DNA of 64,000 nucleotides from NCBI GenBank assembly GCA_963764165.1, contig CAVXRD010000003.1, positions 288,001 to 352,000 on the forward strand. Reading direction: 5' to 3'. This document shows, piece by piece, positions 10,573 to 20,455 of this stretch. The stretch's first letter is position 1; every line of letters begins with the position of its first letter. The notes beneath the pieces are model-generated. The model searched no databases. It saw only the letters and a program-made list of their open reading frames with translations, and was not told the origin of the DNA. The stretch comes from an uncultured Verrucomicrobiae bacterium (GTDB lineage: Bacteria; Verrucomicrobiota; Verrucomicrobiia; Limisphaerales; Palsa-1400). Position numbers and translations under genes: made by a program.

Positions 10573-10989
10573 ATGAACTCGTCCACATCTTTTATTGCCT
10601 CGAAAATCCTCGGCGGGGAGTCTGAACTCGTTCGCCAGCACAGTTTCACCCGCTGGATGTCGCGCGACCTGATGCAGGCCGCCGGCGATTTCTGCCGCAA
10701 CCTCGGCCTGATCCCGATTTACTGCGAATGCTCGCCTGACCATTTGACACGCTACATTTTCTGGCGGCCGCCGCAGGGCACGGGGTTCGATGTCCGCTCG
10801 GGACGCACCAAAGACAAGTTCGAGGAATTGGACAAGGCCAATCGCGAACGCTCGTGGAAGCTTCTTTCGCTGCACATCAACGAAGCGGATGTTTATTCCG
10901 CGGTTTGGATATCTCCCGATCATTACGAAACGGCGAAAGCGTTTTTGCTCGCGCACGGCATCACCACAGCCGAACGCCCCCATGCTTAA
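10573..10989 (+). CDS. Hypothetical protein
   Basis: ATG after an AT-rich leader; protein-like composition. Confidence 0.7.
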   Translation: MNSSTSFIASKILGGESELVRQHSFTRWMSRDLMQAAGDFCRNLGLIPIYCECSPDHLTRYIFWRPPQGTGFDVRSGRTKDKFEELDKANRERSWKLLSLHINEADVYSAVWISPDHYETAKAFLLAHGITTAERPHA

Positions 10990-11001
10990 GGTCAATAAAT
11001 T

Positions 11002-11355
11002 ATGACGGAGAAGAATGAAGGATCTGACGCGCCTGTGATGGTGGTCGTTGCCTACAAACCGCTGGCGGGAAAGGAATCCGCTCTGCTCGATCTGACCAGG
11101 AAGCACGTCCCGGTCTTGCGTTCGCAAGGCCTCGTGACGGACAGGGAGCCTTATGCGATGCGCGCCAAAGACGGCACCGTCATCGAGGTGTTCGAATGGA
11201 AATCTGAAGCCGCCGTCAATTCAGCGCACAACAATCCGGTCGTCCTGGGAATGTGGAAGGAATATGGCGAAGCGTGCATTATTCTCCCATTGAACAAGGT
11301 TGCGGAATGCGGCGACATGTTCGCGGGCTTCGAGCCTGTCGATTTGAGCTTGTAG
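11002..11355 (+). CDS. Hypothetical protein, dimeric alpha+beta barrel (ABM-like)
   Basis: VVAYKPLAGKE...IEVFEWKSEAAVNSAHNNP pattern. Confidence 0.7.
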   Translation: MTEKNEGSDAPVMVVVAYKPLAGKESALLDLTRKHVPVLRSQGLVTDREPYAMRAKDGTVIEVFEWKSEAAVNSAHNNPVVLGMWKEYGEACIILPLNKVAECGDMFAGFEPVDLSL

Positions 11356-11363
11356 CTCAGAGC

Positions 11364-12872
11364 ATGGAGCGCTTCGTTTGCGCGGCCATCGCCGCTGTGT
11401 TGTTGACGTGTTTGGGGTGCGGAGGGCCTGCGCCATCCAACCGCATCATCTTCCCGGATTCGTCCATCCACGGGCGCGCCTCGCAGCTGATCATGGACAC
11501 CGGATCATCTTCCAGCGTCCTTTTCGCCGGGCGCGCCAAGGCGCTGGGGCTGAAATTCGACGACATCACCGAATCCACCGCCATCACAATTGCCGATCAA
11601 ACTTTTAACGCGCCGCTTCCGGTATTTCGATTCGCATGGTATTTTCGCCCGTTCCTTACGTCGCGTGTATTCTCCGCCGACGGGCTTATCGGCTGGCCGG
11701 AAGTGCGGCGCAATATTCTTATGTTTGACGGCCAGAATCGAACCGTGCGCGCTCTCGGCGCCCTGCCGCCGGAAACCGCGCAATGGACGAAATTGCGCGT
11801 CATCCCAAATGATTGGCTCCTGCTCGAAATTCCGCTGGACGATGGAAAGACCGGCACGATGGAGGTCGACACCGGTTCGCCTTTTGGGATCGAAATGGTT
11901 CCCGACGATTGGAAAAAGTGGCGCGCCGCCAACATGCATAGCAGCACATCCTCCCACCTCGGCGGCGTTCTTTCGTTTGGATTTTACCGCGTCCATGCGG
12001 CTTGGGCAGACGAATACAAATTCGGCCCGGTCACCCTGACCAATGTTGCCGTCGAGAACATGCCGGCCAGCCAGGGCGATTTCATTCTGCGCCAGGCGCC
12101 CAAGGCGAAAAAAGTTTGGTCCATCGGATTGTATGCGCTGACCCGGATGGACTTGATTGTTGACGGCAAGAATGGCTGGGCTTACGTCCGTCCAAAACCA
12201 ACCCCTGCCCCGCCCTATCCCGGATTGAAGCGCCCCGGCGATGCGCGGCCATCGGGCGACCTGCCCGCCGCTGCCGCCAACTGGAGCGTGACGCGGGATG
12301 TGCGCGTGAGCGGCGACAATCTGGTATTGCTCTCTGGAAACATCAAATCCGCACGCCGTCAATTCAAGGAGGCGCTGGCCGATTACAATTACGCCATCGA
12401 GTTGAATCCCGAGAATGCGGACGCTTATTCGCGCCGGGGCGTGGTGGAACAAATCGATGGCGATTTCAGAGCCGCCATTTCCGATTACGAAAAAGTGATC
12501 GCGTTGAAACCCGAAGGATCCGATTGGGAGCGGTTGTACCGCTCAACATTGCTGGCCCGGGCGAGCCTGCCGCCGGAGGATTTTTCAAAAAGCCTGGCCG
12601 CCTGCAAAGAAGGCTGGACACGGACGGTTGGGATGTTTCTCAGCGGAAAAATCGATGAAAAAGCGCTGAAAGAAGCCGCAAAAAAAAGCGATGGCGAACC
12701 CGTTGAGGAACAGAAGGGCTTGAGCCTTTTCTACATTGCCATGACGCATCTTTCCAAGGGGGACATTTCGACAGCGGCGGAATTATTGAAAAAATACCGG
12801 GTGATGGCGTCTCACGACGACGACGAATATCAATTTTGCCTGGCCGAGCTGGCGCGGCTGAAGGTAAAATAA
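11364..12872 (+). CDS. Lipoprotein: tandem retropepsin-like aspartyl protease domains + TPR/NlpI-like C-terminus
   Basis: Lipobox-like LLTCLGC; MDTGS and VDTGS; TPR ALADYNYAIELNPENADAY. Confidence 0.8.
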   Translation: MERFVCAAIAAVLLTCLGCGGPAPSNRIIFPDSSIHGRASQLIMDTGSSSSVLFAGRAKALGLKFDDITESTAITIADQTFNAPLPVFRFAWYFRPFLTSRVFSADGLIGWPEVRRNILMFDGQNRTVRALGALPPETAQWTKLRVIPNDWLLLEIPLDDGKTGTMEVDTGSPFGIEMVPDDWKKWRAANMHSSTSSHLGGVLSFGFYRVHAAWADEYKFGPVTLTNVAVENMPASQGDFILRQAPKAKKVWSIGLYALTRMDLIVDGKNGWAYVRPKPTPAPPYPGLKRPGDARPSGDLPAAAANWSVTRDVRVSGDNLVLLSGNIKSARRQFKEALADYNYAIELNPENADAYSRRGVVEQIDGDFRAAISDYEKVIALKPEGSDWERLYRSTLLARASLPPEDFSKSLAACKEGWTRTVGMFLSGKIDEKALKEAAKKSDGEPVEEQKGLSLFYIAMTHLSKGDISTAAELLKKYRVMASHDDDEYQFCLAELARLKVK

Positions 12873-13135
12873 TTCTCAATTTTCCTCGAATCCAGAACCT
12901 TGAAATTAAACAGGAGGAAGACCGAGGGAGCGGAGAGATAGGAAAAAATCAGCGTGAGCAAAAAGCCGTCTTTCTCTGCGCTCTCGGTCTTTCTCCTCTT
13001 CAAATTCTTGTTTTTCACGTCCCGCGCCAGTAACGGGACGCAAGGCAAATTTCTTCGCGTCCTTGTTGTAGGGAGCTTTTCGAGGTTTTGCGCTTGATTC
13101 GTCCGCCAACACATTCAAACTCCATTTCCTAAGCT

Positions 13136-14404
13136 ATGACGTCAACCAAACGTGTTCAGGCCGCATACCAGGCGGCTCGCGACTCTTTCGCGGCACTCGG
13201 TGTCGACACCGAAGCGGCCATGCGCCAGCTTTCCAAAATCCCCATTTCCCTCCACTGCTGGCAAGGAGACGACGTCGGCGGTTTTGAAAACGCGGGCGGC
13301 GAACTTGGAGGCGGCCTGGCCGTCACCGGAAACTATCCGGGCAAAGCCCGCACTTCTGAAGAGCTTCGCGCGGACCTCGAAAAAACATTTTCATTCGTGC
13401 CGGGAAAGCATCGGCTTAATTTGCACGCCTTCTACGGCGAATTCGGCGGCAAACGCGTCGACCGAAATGAAATTGAGGCGGCGCATTTCAAGAATTGGAT
13501 CGCCTGGGCCAAAACGCATGGGCTCGGGCTCGATTTCAATCCAACGTTCTTCTCTCATCCGAAAGCGGCTGACGGATTCACCTTGGCGCATCGCGATAAA
13601 TCCATCCGCAAGTTTTGGATCGAGCACGGGATTGCCTGCCGCCAGATCGGCGCGGCGATGGGCAAAGCGCTCGGCAAAACCTGCGTCACCAACGTCTGGA
13701 TTCCCGACGGATACAAAGACACACCCGTCGACCGCAAAGGCCCGCGCGAACGGCTCGCCGAGTCGCTGGACGAAGTTTTCGCGAAGCCGCTCCCGGCCAA
13801 ATTCAATCTCGACGCCGTCGAGCCAAAATTGTTCGGGCTCGGCTCGGAAAGCTATGTGGTTGGCTCGCACGAATTTTATCTCGGCTACGCCATCACCCGC
13901 AAAAAGCTGCTGTGCCTTGATGCCGGTCATTATCACCCGACCGAAACCATTGCCGACAAAATTTCGTCCGTGCTGGGCTCGGTGCGGGAAATTCTTCTGC
14001 ACGTCAGCCGCGGCGTTCGCTGGGATAGCGACCACGTTGTCATTCTCTCGGACGAATTGGAGGCGATTGCGCAAGAGTTGGTGCGCGGAGATTTCCTGGG
14101 GCGCACGCACATCGGACTCGATTATTTCGACGGCAGCATCAACCGCGTCGCCGCCTGGACGATTGGCACGCGCGCGATGATCAAGGCGCTGCTGCTTGCC
14201 CTGCTCGAACCCATCGATCTTCTGTGCAAGGCGGAAAACGAAGGCGATTACACTTCGCGGCTGGCGTTGCTCGAAGAAACCAAGACCCTGCCCTTCGGCG
14301 CGGTGTGGGACGCCTATTGCGAAAGCCAAAACGCCCCCGTCGGTTCGGCGTGGCTCGCGGAATTGAAGAAATATGAGCAAGACAGTCTGTCAAAACGAAA
14401 ATAA
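13136..14404 (+). CDS. rhaA: L-rhamnose isomerase
   Basis: [42 protein letters not shown]. Confidence 0.97.
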   Translation: MTSTKRVQAAYQAARDSFAALGVDTEAAMRQLSKIPISLHCWQGDDVGGFENAGGELGGGLAVTGNYPGKARTSEELRADLEKTFSFVPGKHRLNLHAFYGEFGGKRVDRNEIEAAHFKNWIAWAKTHGLGLDFNPTFFSHPKAADGFTLAHRDKSIRKFWIEHGIACRQIGAAMGKALGKTCVTNVWIPDGYKDTPVDRKGPRERLAESLDEVFAKPLPAKFNLDAVEPKLFGLGSESYVVGSHEFYLGYAITRKKLLCLDAGHYHPTETIADKISSVLGSVREILLHVSRGVRWDSDHVVILSDELEAIAQELVRGDFLGRTHIGLDYFDGSINRVAAWTIGTRAMIKALLLALLEPIDLLCKAENEGDYTSRLALLEETKTLPFGAVWDAYCESQNAPVGSAWLAELKKYEQDSLSKRK

Positions 14405-14410
14405 AATCAC

Positions 14411-15604
14411 ATGACCCCAAATCCATTCCTCGGTGTTTTCCTTCACTGGATGGGCGGCCTCGCTTCCGGCAGTTTTTACGTCCCGTATAAAGGCGTCAAA
14501 AAATGGTCGTGGGAAACCTACTGGCTGGTGGGCGGATTTTTTTCGTGGATCATCTGCCCGTGGGTTTTGGCGCTGATTGGAACGAAGGACGTCATTGGAG
14601 TTCTGTTGCATCAAACGGCCGGCACCCTGGGATGGACTTATTTTTTCGGCGTTTTGTGGGGCTTCGGCGGGCTGACGTTCGGATTGGCCATGCGTTATTT
14701 GGGGATGTCCCTTGGCATGGGTGTGGCGCTGGGATACTGCGCGGCATTTGGCACTTTATTGCCGCCGATTTTCAAAGTGTTTCTCCCGAACGTGCCGGGC
14801 GAAAGCATTGTTCAAATCGCCAGTTCGACTTCTGGAAAATTCACGCTGGCGGGTGTGGTGGTGTGTTTGCTGGGAATTGCCGTGGCCGCGGCGGCGGGTT
14901 TCACCAAGGAAAAGGAAATGCCGGAAGCCGAAAAGAAAAAAGCAATCGCTGAATTCAATTTCAAGAAGGGCATTTTGGTTGCCACTTTTTCCGGAATCAT
15001 GAGCGCTTGCTTCGCCTTTGCATTGCAGGCCGCCAAACCCATCGGCGATGCCTCAGAGGCTGCGGGCACCGCAAAAATCTGGACGGGCCTGCCTGCCCTC
15101 ATTGTGGTGCTGCTGGGTGGATTCACGACCAATTTCATCTGGTGTGTCATGTTGAATTTCAAGAACAAGACCGGCTATCAATACCTGGCGGGCCACGCCC
15201 GGCCCGAGCATGCCGGGGAAGGTGGCGCGGGCGGCGGCGAGCTCGGCCCCGGCGCCAGCGTTAAGCCCTCTGATATCGCTGACTTGAAAATTCCCATGCT
15301 GGGCAATTATTTTTTCTCGGCCCTGGCAGGAACGACGTGGTATTTCCAATTTTTCTTTTACACAATGGGAGCCACTCAAATGGGCAAGTACGATTTCGCG
15401 TCATGGACCCTCCACATGGCAAGCATCATTATTTTCAGCACGATTTGGGGATGGATTTTTCACGAATGGCGAGGATCCAGCAAGAAAGCCCATCTTCTCA
15501 TCACCGGCGGCATCGCCACGCTGATACTTTCCACGCTGGTCATTGGCTATGGCACACGCTTGAAGGCGCATGAAAGCCCGACGCCGCCGGCAAAATCATC
15601 CTGA
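14411..15604 (+). CDS. rhaT: L-rhamnose/H+ symporter
   Basis: SFYVPYKGVKKWSWETYW, MRYLGMSLG, SWTLHMA; directly after rhaA. Confidence 0.95.
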   Translation: MTPNPFLGVFLHWMGGLASGSFYVPYKGVKKWSWETYWLVGGFFSWIICPWVLALIGTKDVIGVLLHQTAGTLGWTYFFGVLWGFGGLTFGLAMRYLGMSLGMGVALGYCAAFGTLLPPIFKVFLPNVPGESIVQIASSTSGKFTLAGVVVCLLGIAVAAAAGFTKEKEMPEAEKKKAIAEFNFKKGILVATFSGIMSACFAFALQAAKPIGDASEAAGTAKIWTGLPALIVVLLGGFTTNFIWCVMLNFKNKTGYQYLAGHARPEHAGEGGAGGGELGPGASVKPSDIADLKIPMLGNYFFSALAGTTWYFQFFFYTMGATQMGKYDFASWTLHMASIIIFSTIWGWIFHEWRGSSKKAHLLITGGIATLILSTLVIGYGTRLKAHESPTPPAKSS

Positions 15605-15854
15605 CTGGCTGCGGGGCGGATTTAAATCCAGATTGGGACGCGGCCGCGGCAGCCGCCCGCGCCGTCCTTCAATGCATGACAACATCCGCCTTTCAGTAAT
15701 GGTTGACACTACGGCGAAATCCAAAATCCGCCTCGCAGACGGCCATGATCATTCAGGTATTATGCCCACGGATTTAGCGGTGTGAAATGACGCTCGTCGG
15801 ACGCGAGCAACAACCGGACTCCTGCGAGCCGCCGCATCCATAGAAAGTGCAACC

Positions 15855-16058
15855 ATGACTCAATCTGTGCCCATATTGAATTCGATCTGCGGATTCCTCC
15901 TTTTTTACACCATGTTCATTGCCTACCTGTTCCGCGGCGACTTGCGCGGACAACGGAATTGGCGCGGATTGGACTATGTGTGGGTTCCAGCGGGCGGTTT
16001 GGCGGGACTCTGCCTCATTTTGATTTTGTGGCGCAGCGCCGGCCACCCAGCGCATTGA
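15855..16058 (+). CDS. Small two-TM membrane protein
   Basis: 67 aa with two hydrophobic helices. Confidence 0.6.
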   Translation: MTQSVPILNSICGFLLFYTMFIAYLFRGDLRGQRNWRGLDYVWVPAGGLAGLCLILILWRSAGHPAH

Positions 16059-16061
16059 AAG

Positions 16062-16162
16062 GCCGCGACGCCTCGCCGAGGCTTCCGGTTGGCGCGGGAA
16101 AAATGCGCCGGCCGCGCGTGCAGAACGCCTCGCCCCAGACGCATCGGCGAGGCGTCCCTGGC
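16062..16162. repeat. Degenerate REP family A pair
   Basis: GACGCCTCGCCGAGGC...CGGCGAGGCGTCCCTG. Confidence 0.7.
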
Positions 16163-16216
16163 AACAGCGAATGATTGTGTGGCAATTTTCTTCGCGCCGC
16201 ACTAGTGTTCTGCTTC

Positions 16217-17218
16217 ATGACGAAAACGCTTTCTTTAATGTTGTCGGCTGCCGTCGTTTGCGCCAGCCCGCTCACTTCGCGCGCCGGTGGATTTCTTATT
16301 GTCGCCAACAAGGGCGACCGCACCGTCGGCATCATTGATCCGGCTCTCGGGGAGCAAATCGCGACGGTGCCGGAGGATGGGATTACGTGCCACGAATTGG
16401 TGTGCTCACCGGACGGCAAAACAGTTTACGCGCCCATTTACGGAAACGCGGGTGTCGGCTCGCCCGGCACAGACGGCAGCATTATGCGGGTGATTGATGT
16501 GCCGTCGCGAAAAGTCGTCGGCACGGTTGATTTTGGAAAAGGCGTGCGCCCGCACTGCGCCATGCTCGGGCCGAAGAACGGATTGCTCTACGTTTCAACG
16601 GAGCTGGAGAACTCCATCACGATTATTGATCCCAAGACGTTGAAAATCGTCGGCTCCGTCCCGACCGGCAAGGAGCAGTCGCACATGTTCACGATTTCGA
16701 GCGACGGCCATTTGGGCTACACCGCGAACGTCAATTCCGGCACAGTTTCAGTGCTGGACATGGATGCAAAAAAAGTGGTGACGATCATTCCGGTTTGCGA
16801 CGTCACCCAGCGCATTGCCATTTCCAAGGATGACAAATGGGTTTTTACATCCGACCAGAAAACCCCGCGCCTTGCTGTGATTGACACCGCGAAAAACACC
16901 GTTGACCGCTGGATTGACATGCCAGACGTCGGCTACGGCTCGGCCGTCACACCGGACGGCAAATACCTGGTCATTGCGCTGCCGCACAAAAACCGCGTGG
17001 CTGTGATCGATATCGAGAAAAGCAGTGTGTCGCGCACTATCGAAGTTCCTCGCGCCCCGCAGGAAACGCTCGTCCGCCCGGATGGCGGCGAGGTTTATGT
17101 GTCGTGTGACGCGAGCAAGAAGGTTGCTGTTATTGACACGAAACGCTGGATGGTGCGGAAGATGGTTTCCGCCGGCGCCGGCGTGGACGGATTGGCCTGG
17201 GCGCCTTCCGCTCCTTGA
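16217..17218 (+). CDS. Secreted YncE/YVTN-type beta-propeller protein
   Basis: Signal peptide; repeated blades (SPDGKTVY, SSDGHLGYTAN, TPDGKYL, RPDGGEVYV). Confidence 0.88.
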   Translation: MTKTLSLMLSAAVVCASPLTSRAGGFLIVANKGDRTVGIIDPALGEQIATVPEDGITCHELVCSPDGKTVYAPIYGNAGVGSPGTDGSIMRVIDVPSRKVVGTVDFGKGVRPHCAMLGPKNGLLYVSTELENSITIIDPKTLKIVGSVPTGKEQSHMFTISSDGHLGYTANVNSGTVSVLDMDAKKVVTIIPVCDVTQRIAISKDDKWVFTSDQKTPRLAVIDTAKNTVDRWIDMPDVGYGSAVTPDGKYLVIALPHKNRVAVIDIEKSSVSRTIEVPRAPQETLVRPDGGEVYVSCDASKKVAVIDTKRWMVRKMVSAGAGVDGLAWAPSAP

Positions 17219-18753
17219 ATCGTGAGGGCGAAGTCCTGGCTGAGAACTTCGCCAAATTCGTGGTAGTCCTGCACGCAAACGGTGAAGCGATAAACTCCGG
17301 CGCGTGTGGGAACGCCGCTCAATTCTCCCGTGAACGGATCAAGTGACAATCCCGGCGGCAAGCTCCCTTCTGTGACGCCCCAATTGTAAATGGGAATTCC
17401 GCCCGTGGCGGTCAGGCCCTTTTCGTAACGGCGGCCTTGCTGCCCGGCCGGCAAATTCGACTTTGGAAACGTGAAAGAGGCGAACGCGGCATTCGAGCGC
17501 AGTGTGTAACCCACTTCCTGCGCGCACAGGAGATCGAGCTTTGTCATGGTCCAGCGGCAGCGCGGAATTTCCCCGTAGTATTCGTAGCCGAATGCGCCTT
17601 GGCCGCTTTCGGGATCGATCACGCCGGTGAGGTGGTCGTCGGAAATCGAAATGGGAACGGGCTTGCCGTAATATTGCCTGACCGCCGCGCTCGTAAATCC
17701 CTTGTTGGCCAGCGCCCGGCTGAACCCGGGATGGCCCTTGTTGAAAATCAGCGCATGGCCGATTTCGTGGTGGGCAATGGAGTAAAAATCGTTGGTTTGA
17801 TGGCGCAAGTTTTGCGTGGCCAGCCAATCGGCGTCGTTGGTCAGATAGAGCCAATGGAGTTTGTTGTAATTGCCTTCGACACACGCCTCAAACGCGCCCG
17901 AGCGATGAATCGCCAGCGGTATGCCGTGGCTTGCTTGGCTGCGGCCCGCGTAACTGGTTTCGCCGCCGGAACGCAGTTCCCGGTTTGATGTGCCATAGGC
18001 GTAAAGTTGGTAGCCGGTGAAGTTGTTGGTGCTCGTGAAATAATGTCCGCCGTCCCAATTATCATTCCAAATCCAAGTCGATTCCGCGCCGGGCGGCGTC
18101 GCATCCAGGTCCATCCCAGCGAAATAATACGACCAGTCATCCGCGGCCTGTTGCACGATTCCGCGGGCGGCGCGATTGGTGAAAAACCCGGTGGCGTCGA
18201 GGGCAAAATTAACCGCCACGCCAAATTCATTCGCGCGATGCGTATCTTGTTCGAGGACGCGTATGGCAACCGTGTTGGTTTGAGAAATGTTGTTGGCATC
18301 GGTGAACACCACTTTCAATGTGCAAGGTCCCGCGATGGCTGTGTGGGCCGGGAAAATGGACATCTTGATGACGACTGGCTTGTCCGGTTCAGTCACCGGG
18401 CGGAACGCTTTGGGCCCGTCTGCGCCCGGTTGGCACGGATTGTTGAAATAGAGGCGTTCGCCGTTGGCGGAAAGCGTGAATGTGCCGGGCAGCGCAGCGT
18501 CCAATGGCGGGACGAGGCGGAATTTGATGAGCGGGTTGGCCATGTAACCGTCGCGATCAACGAGCGTGATGCCGTGTTCGCTTAACGAGCGGCCGAAAAT
18601 ATCCTGTATTTTGATCTCGGCATGAGCTGCCGAGAAAAATGAAATCCAGCACACTGCGACGAAGAACCAGGACGCCGAGAGCGGCCGGATTTTAGGGTGA
18701 AGATTCCGATTCGTTTGGGAAAAACGATTGTGTGACAAGCGTTGGTTGCGCAC
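17095..18753 (-). CDS. Secreted zincin-like metallopeptidase with C-terminal putative Ig (He_PIG) domain
   Basis: Signal-like N-terminus; HHEIGHAL; GSLPPGLSLDPFTGELSGVPT. Confidence 0.8.
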   Translation of the reverse strand: MRNQRLSHNRFSQTNRNLHPKIRPLSASWFFVAVCWISFFSAAHAEIKIQDIFGRSLSEHGITLVDRDGYMANPLIKFRLVPPLDAALPGTFTLSANGERLYFNNPCQPGADGPKAFRPVTEPDKPVVIKMSIFPAHTAIAGPCTLKVVFTDANNISQTNTVAIRVLEQDTHRANEFGVAVNFALDATGFFTNRAARGIVQQAADDWSYYFAGMDLDATPPGAESTWIWNDNWDGGHYFTSTNNFTGYQLYAYGTSNRELRSGGETSYAGRSQASHGIPLAIHRSGAFEACVEGNYNKLHWLYLTNDADWLATQNLRHQTNDFYSIAHHEIGHALIFNKGHPGFSRALANKGFTSAAVRQYYGKPVPISISDDHLTGVIDPESGQGAFGYEYYGEIPRCRWTMTKLDLLCAQEVGYTLRSNAAFASFTFPKSNLPAGQQGRRYEKGLTATGGIPIYNWGVTEGSLPPGLSLDPFTGELSGVPTRAGVYRFTVCVQDYHEFGEVLSQDFALTIQGAEGAQANPSTPAPAETIFRTIQRFVSITATFLLASHDT

Positions 18754-18803
18754 GGAAGCGCATCATGCCAAAACGAACGTGAAAGAACAAGTGGCAGTTG
18801 TAC

Positions 18804-18921
18804 AAGCTCCGTCAGGAGCGGCACTGGAGGCGATCACTCGTGCGCGGCAGGCGCCGCTCCTGACGGAGCTTGAAAATCCTTTTGTGATCATTTCTACAAC
18901 GGTGCCGCGCCTACGGCGCTT
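18804..18921. repeat. REP-like family B (AAGCTCCGTCAGGAGCGGC / CGCGCCTACGGCGCT)
   Basis: Same arms at 22681-22876, 51572-51878 and (variant) 57401-57566. Confidence 0.85.
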
Positions 18922-19030
18922 CGACGGCAACGCGAGATGAAGAATTTTGGCTCACACTCCGCGAAATTTTCGCAATTTGGAAATCAACTCGTGTCAATTG
19001 GCGGCGGCGGGGTAAGATGAAGTTGAATTT

Positions 19031-20386
19031 ATGAAGGATAGCGCAAATAAAGGACTGACACGGCTGCAGGCTCTTTTCATGGAAACGTTCGGCCTGGGCG
19101 CCGGCGTCTCATGGATTGCCAGTTTGTTGACAGTGATTATTGTGGTGGCCTCCTTTTTCTGGTTTTTCTATTCGGCGCCGCCTCGCACGATCACCATCAC
19201 CGCTGGCCCCACTGGGAGCAGTTTTGAGGTGATGGCGCAGGCTTACGGCAAAGAGTTGCGCAAGAAGGGAATCACGCTGCGCATTCTCGAGTCGGGCGGC
19301 TCAGACGAAAATCTCGCCCGGTTGGAGGACAAATCGGCGAAGGTCGACGTCGGCTTCGTGCAATGCGGCATGACCAACGGGACCGAGGCCAGCAAACTGG
19401 TTTCGCTCGGGACGGTTGTCATTCAGCCGCTGATGATTTTTTACCGAGGCTCCAACACAGTGCAAATTCTCTCACAACTCAAGGGCAGACGCCTGGCCAT
19501 CGGCTCGCCTGGCAGCGGTGTTCGCAAGCTGGCCATGGCGTTGCTGGAGACCAACGGCATTGGCTCCAATTCAGCGGTCTATGTTGATCTGGATGCTGCC
19601 GCGGCAGCGCAGGCGCTGACCAATGGAGAGGTCGACGCGATTTTCCTGATGGGCGACACCGCGTCGCCGCAAACGATGAAAGCGGTGCTGCATAATCCCA
19701 ACGTTCGTCTTTACGATGTTACACAGGCGGACGGCTATGTCCGGAAATTGACGTATTTGAGCAGATTGGACATGCCGCGCGGAGCCATTGATTTCGGCCG
19801 CGATATTCCCGATCACGACGTGCCTTTGGTGGGCCCGGCGGTGGAATTGCTGGCCCGCCCGAGCTTGCACCCGGCGCTTTCGGACTTGCTGCTGGAAGCA
19901 GCTCACACCGTCAATGGCAAGCCGGGAATTTTCCGCCACCCGGGCGAATTTCCAACCAATGTCGAACGTGACATACCGATGAGCGCCTCTGCGGCACGAT
20001 ATTACAAATCCGGCAAAGGATTTTTCTACAGCTTCCTGCCGTTTTGGCTGGCCAGCTTGATCAGCCGCGTGCTGGTCGCGTTCGTGCCGATGCTGGTGGT
20101 TCTCATCCCGGGATTGCGCTTGATCCCGGCGATGCTGCGCTGGCGCATCCGCATCCGCATTTTGCACCGTTACCGCACCCTGCTGGCGCTGGAAAAGGAA
20201 GTGCAATTGAACCACGCCACAGGGCCGAAGGACCAATGGCTGGCGCGGCTCGACCAAATCGAGAATGGTGTCAACAATATGAAAGTCCCGGCCTCCTTCG
20301 CGGATCAATTCTACGGATTGCGCGGCCACATCAGCTTCGTGCGCGATCAAATATTGCAGGCGCGCCAATCGGCCTCTGGCGCGTAA
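19031..20386 (+). CDS. TAXI-family TRAP solute receptor with N- and C-terminal membrane segments
   Basis: ITAGPTGSSF, GGSDENL, LKGRRLAIGSPGSG, GEVDAIF; C-terminal TM. Confidence 0.85.
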   Translation: MKDSANKGLTRLQALFMETFGLGAGVSWIASLLTVIIVVASFFWFFYSAPPRTITITAGPTGSSFEVMAQAYGKELRKKGITLRILESGGSDENLARLEDKSAKVDVGFVQCGMTNGTEASKLVSLGTVVIQPLMIFYRGSNTVQILSQLKGRRLAIGSPGSGVRKLAMALLETNGIGSNSAVYVDLDAAAAAQALTNGEVDAIFLMGDTASPQTMKAVLHNPNVRLYDVTQADGYVRKLTYLSRLDMPRGAIDFGRDIPDHDVPLVGPAVELLARPSLHPALSDLLLEAAHTVNGKPGIFRHPGEFPTNVERDIPMSASAARYYKSGKGFFYSFLPFWLASLISRVLVAFVPMLVVLIPGLRLIPAMLRWRIRIRILHRYRTLLALEKEVQLNHATGPKDQWLARLDQIENGVNNMKVPASFADQFYGLRGHISFVRDQILQARQSASGA

Positions 20387-20396
20387 TGGCACCCGC

Positions 20397-20421
20397 CAGG
20401 GCGAGACTCCGTCGAGCCCTG
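20397..20421. repeat. REP-like family C arm (CAGGGCGAGACTCCGTCGAGCC), between convergent genes
   Basis: Matches 29288-29394 and 32426-32452. Confidence 0.75.
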
Positions 20422-20455
20422 GCTAAATCCGAACCGTGAGAATCCGATCAGGGGG

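Noticed and set aside
15604..15855. Riboswitch or small peptide after rhaT
   Set aside because: GC-rich stems are present but I recognise no aptamer consensus. The short ORF has no support.
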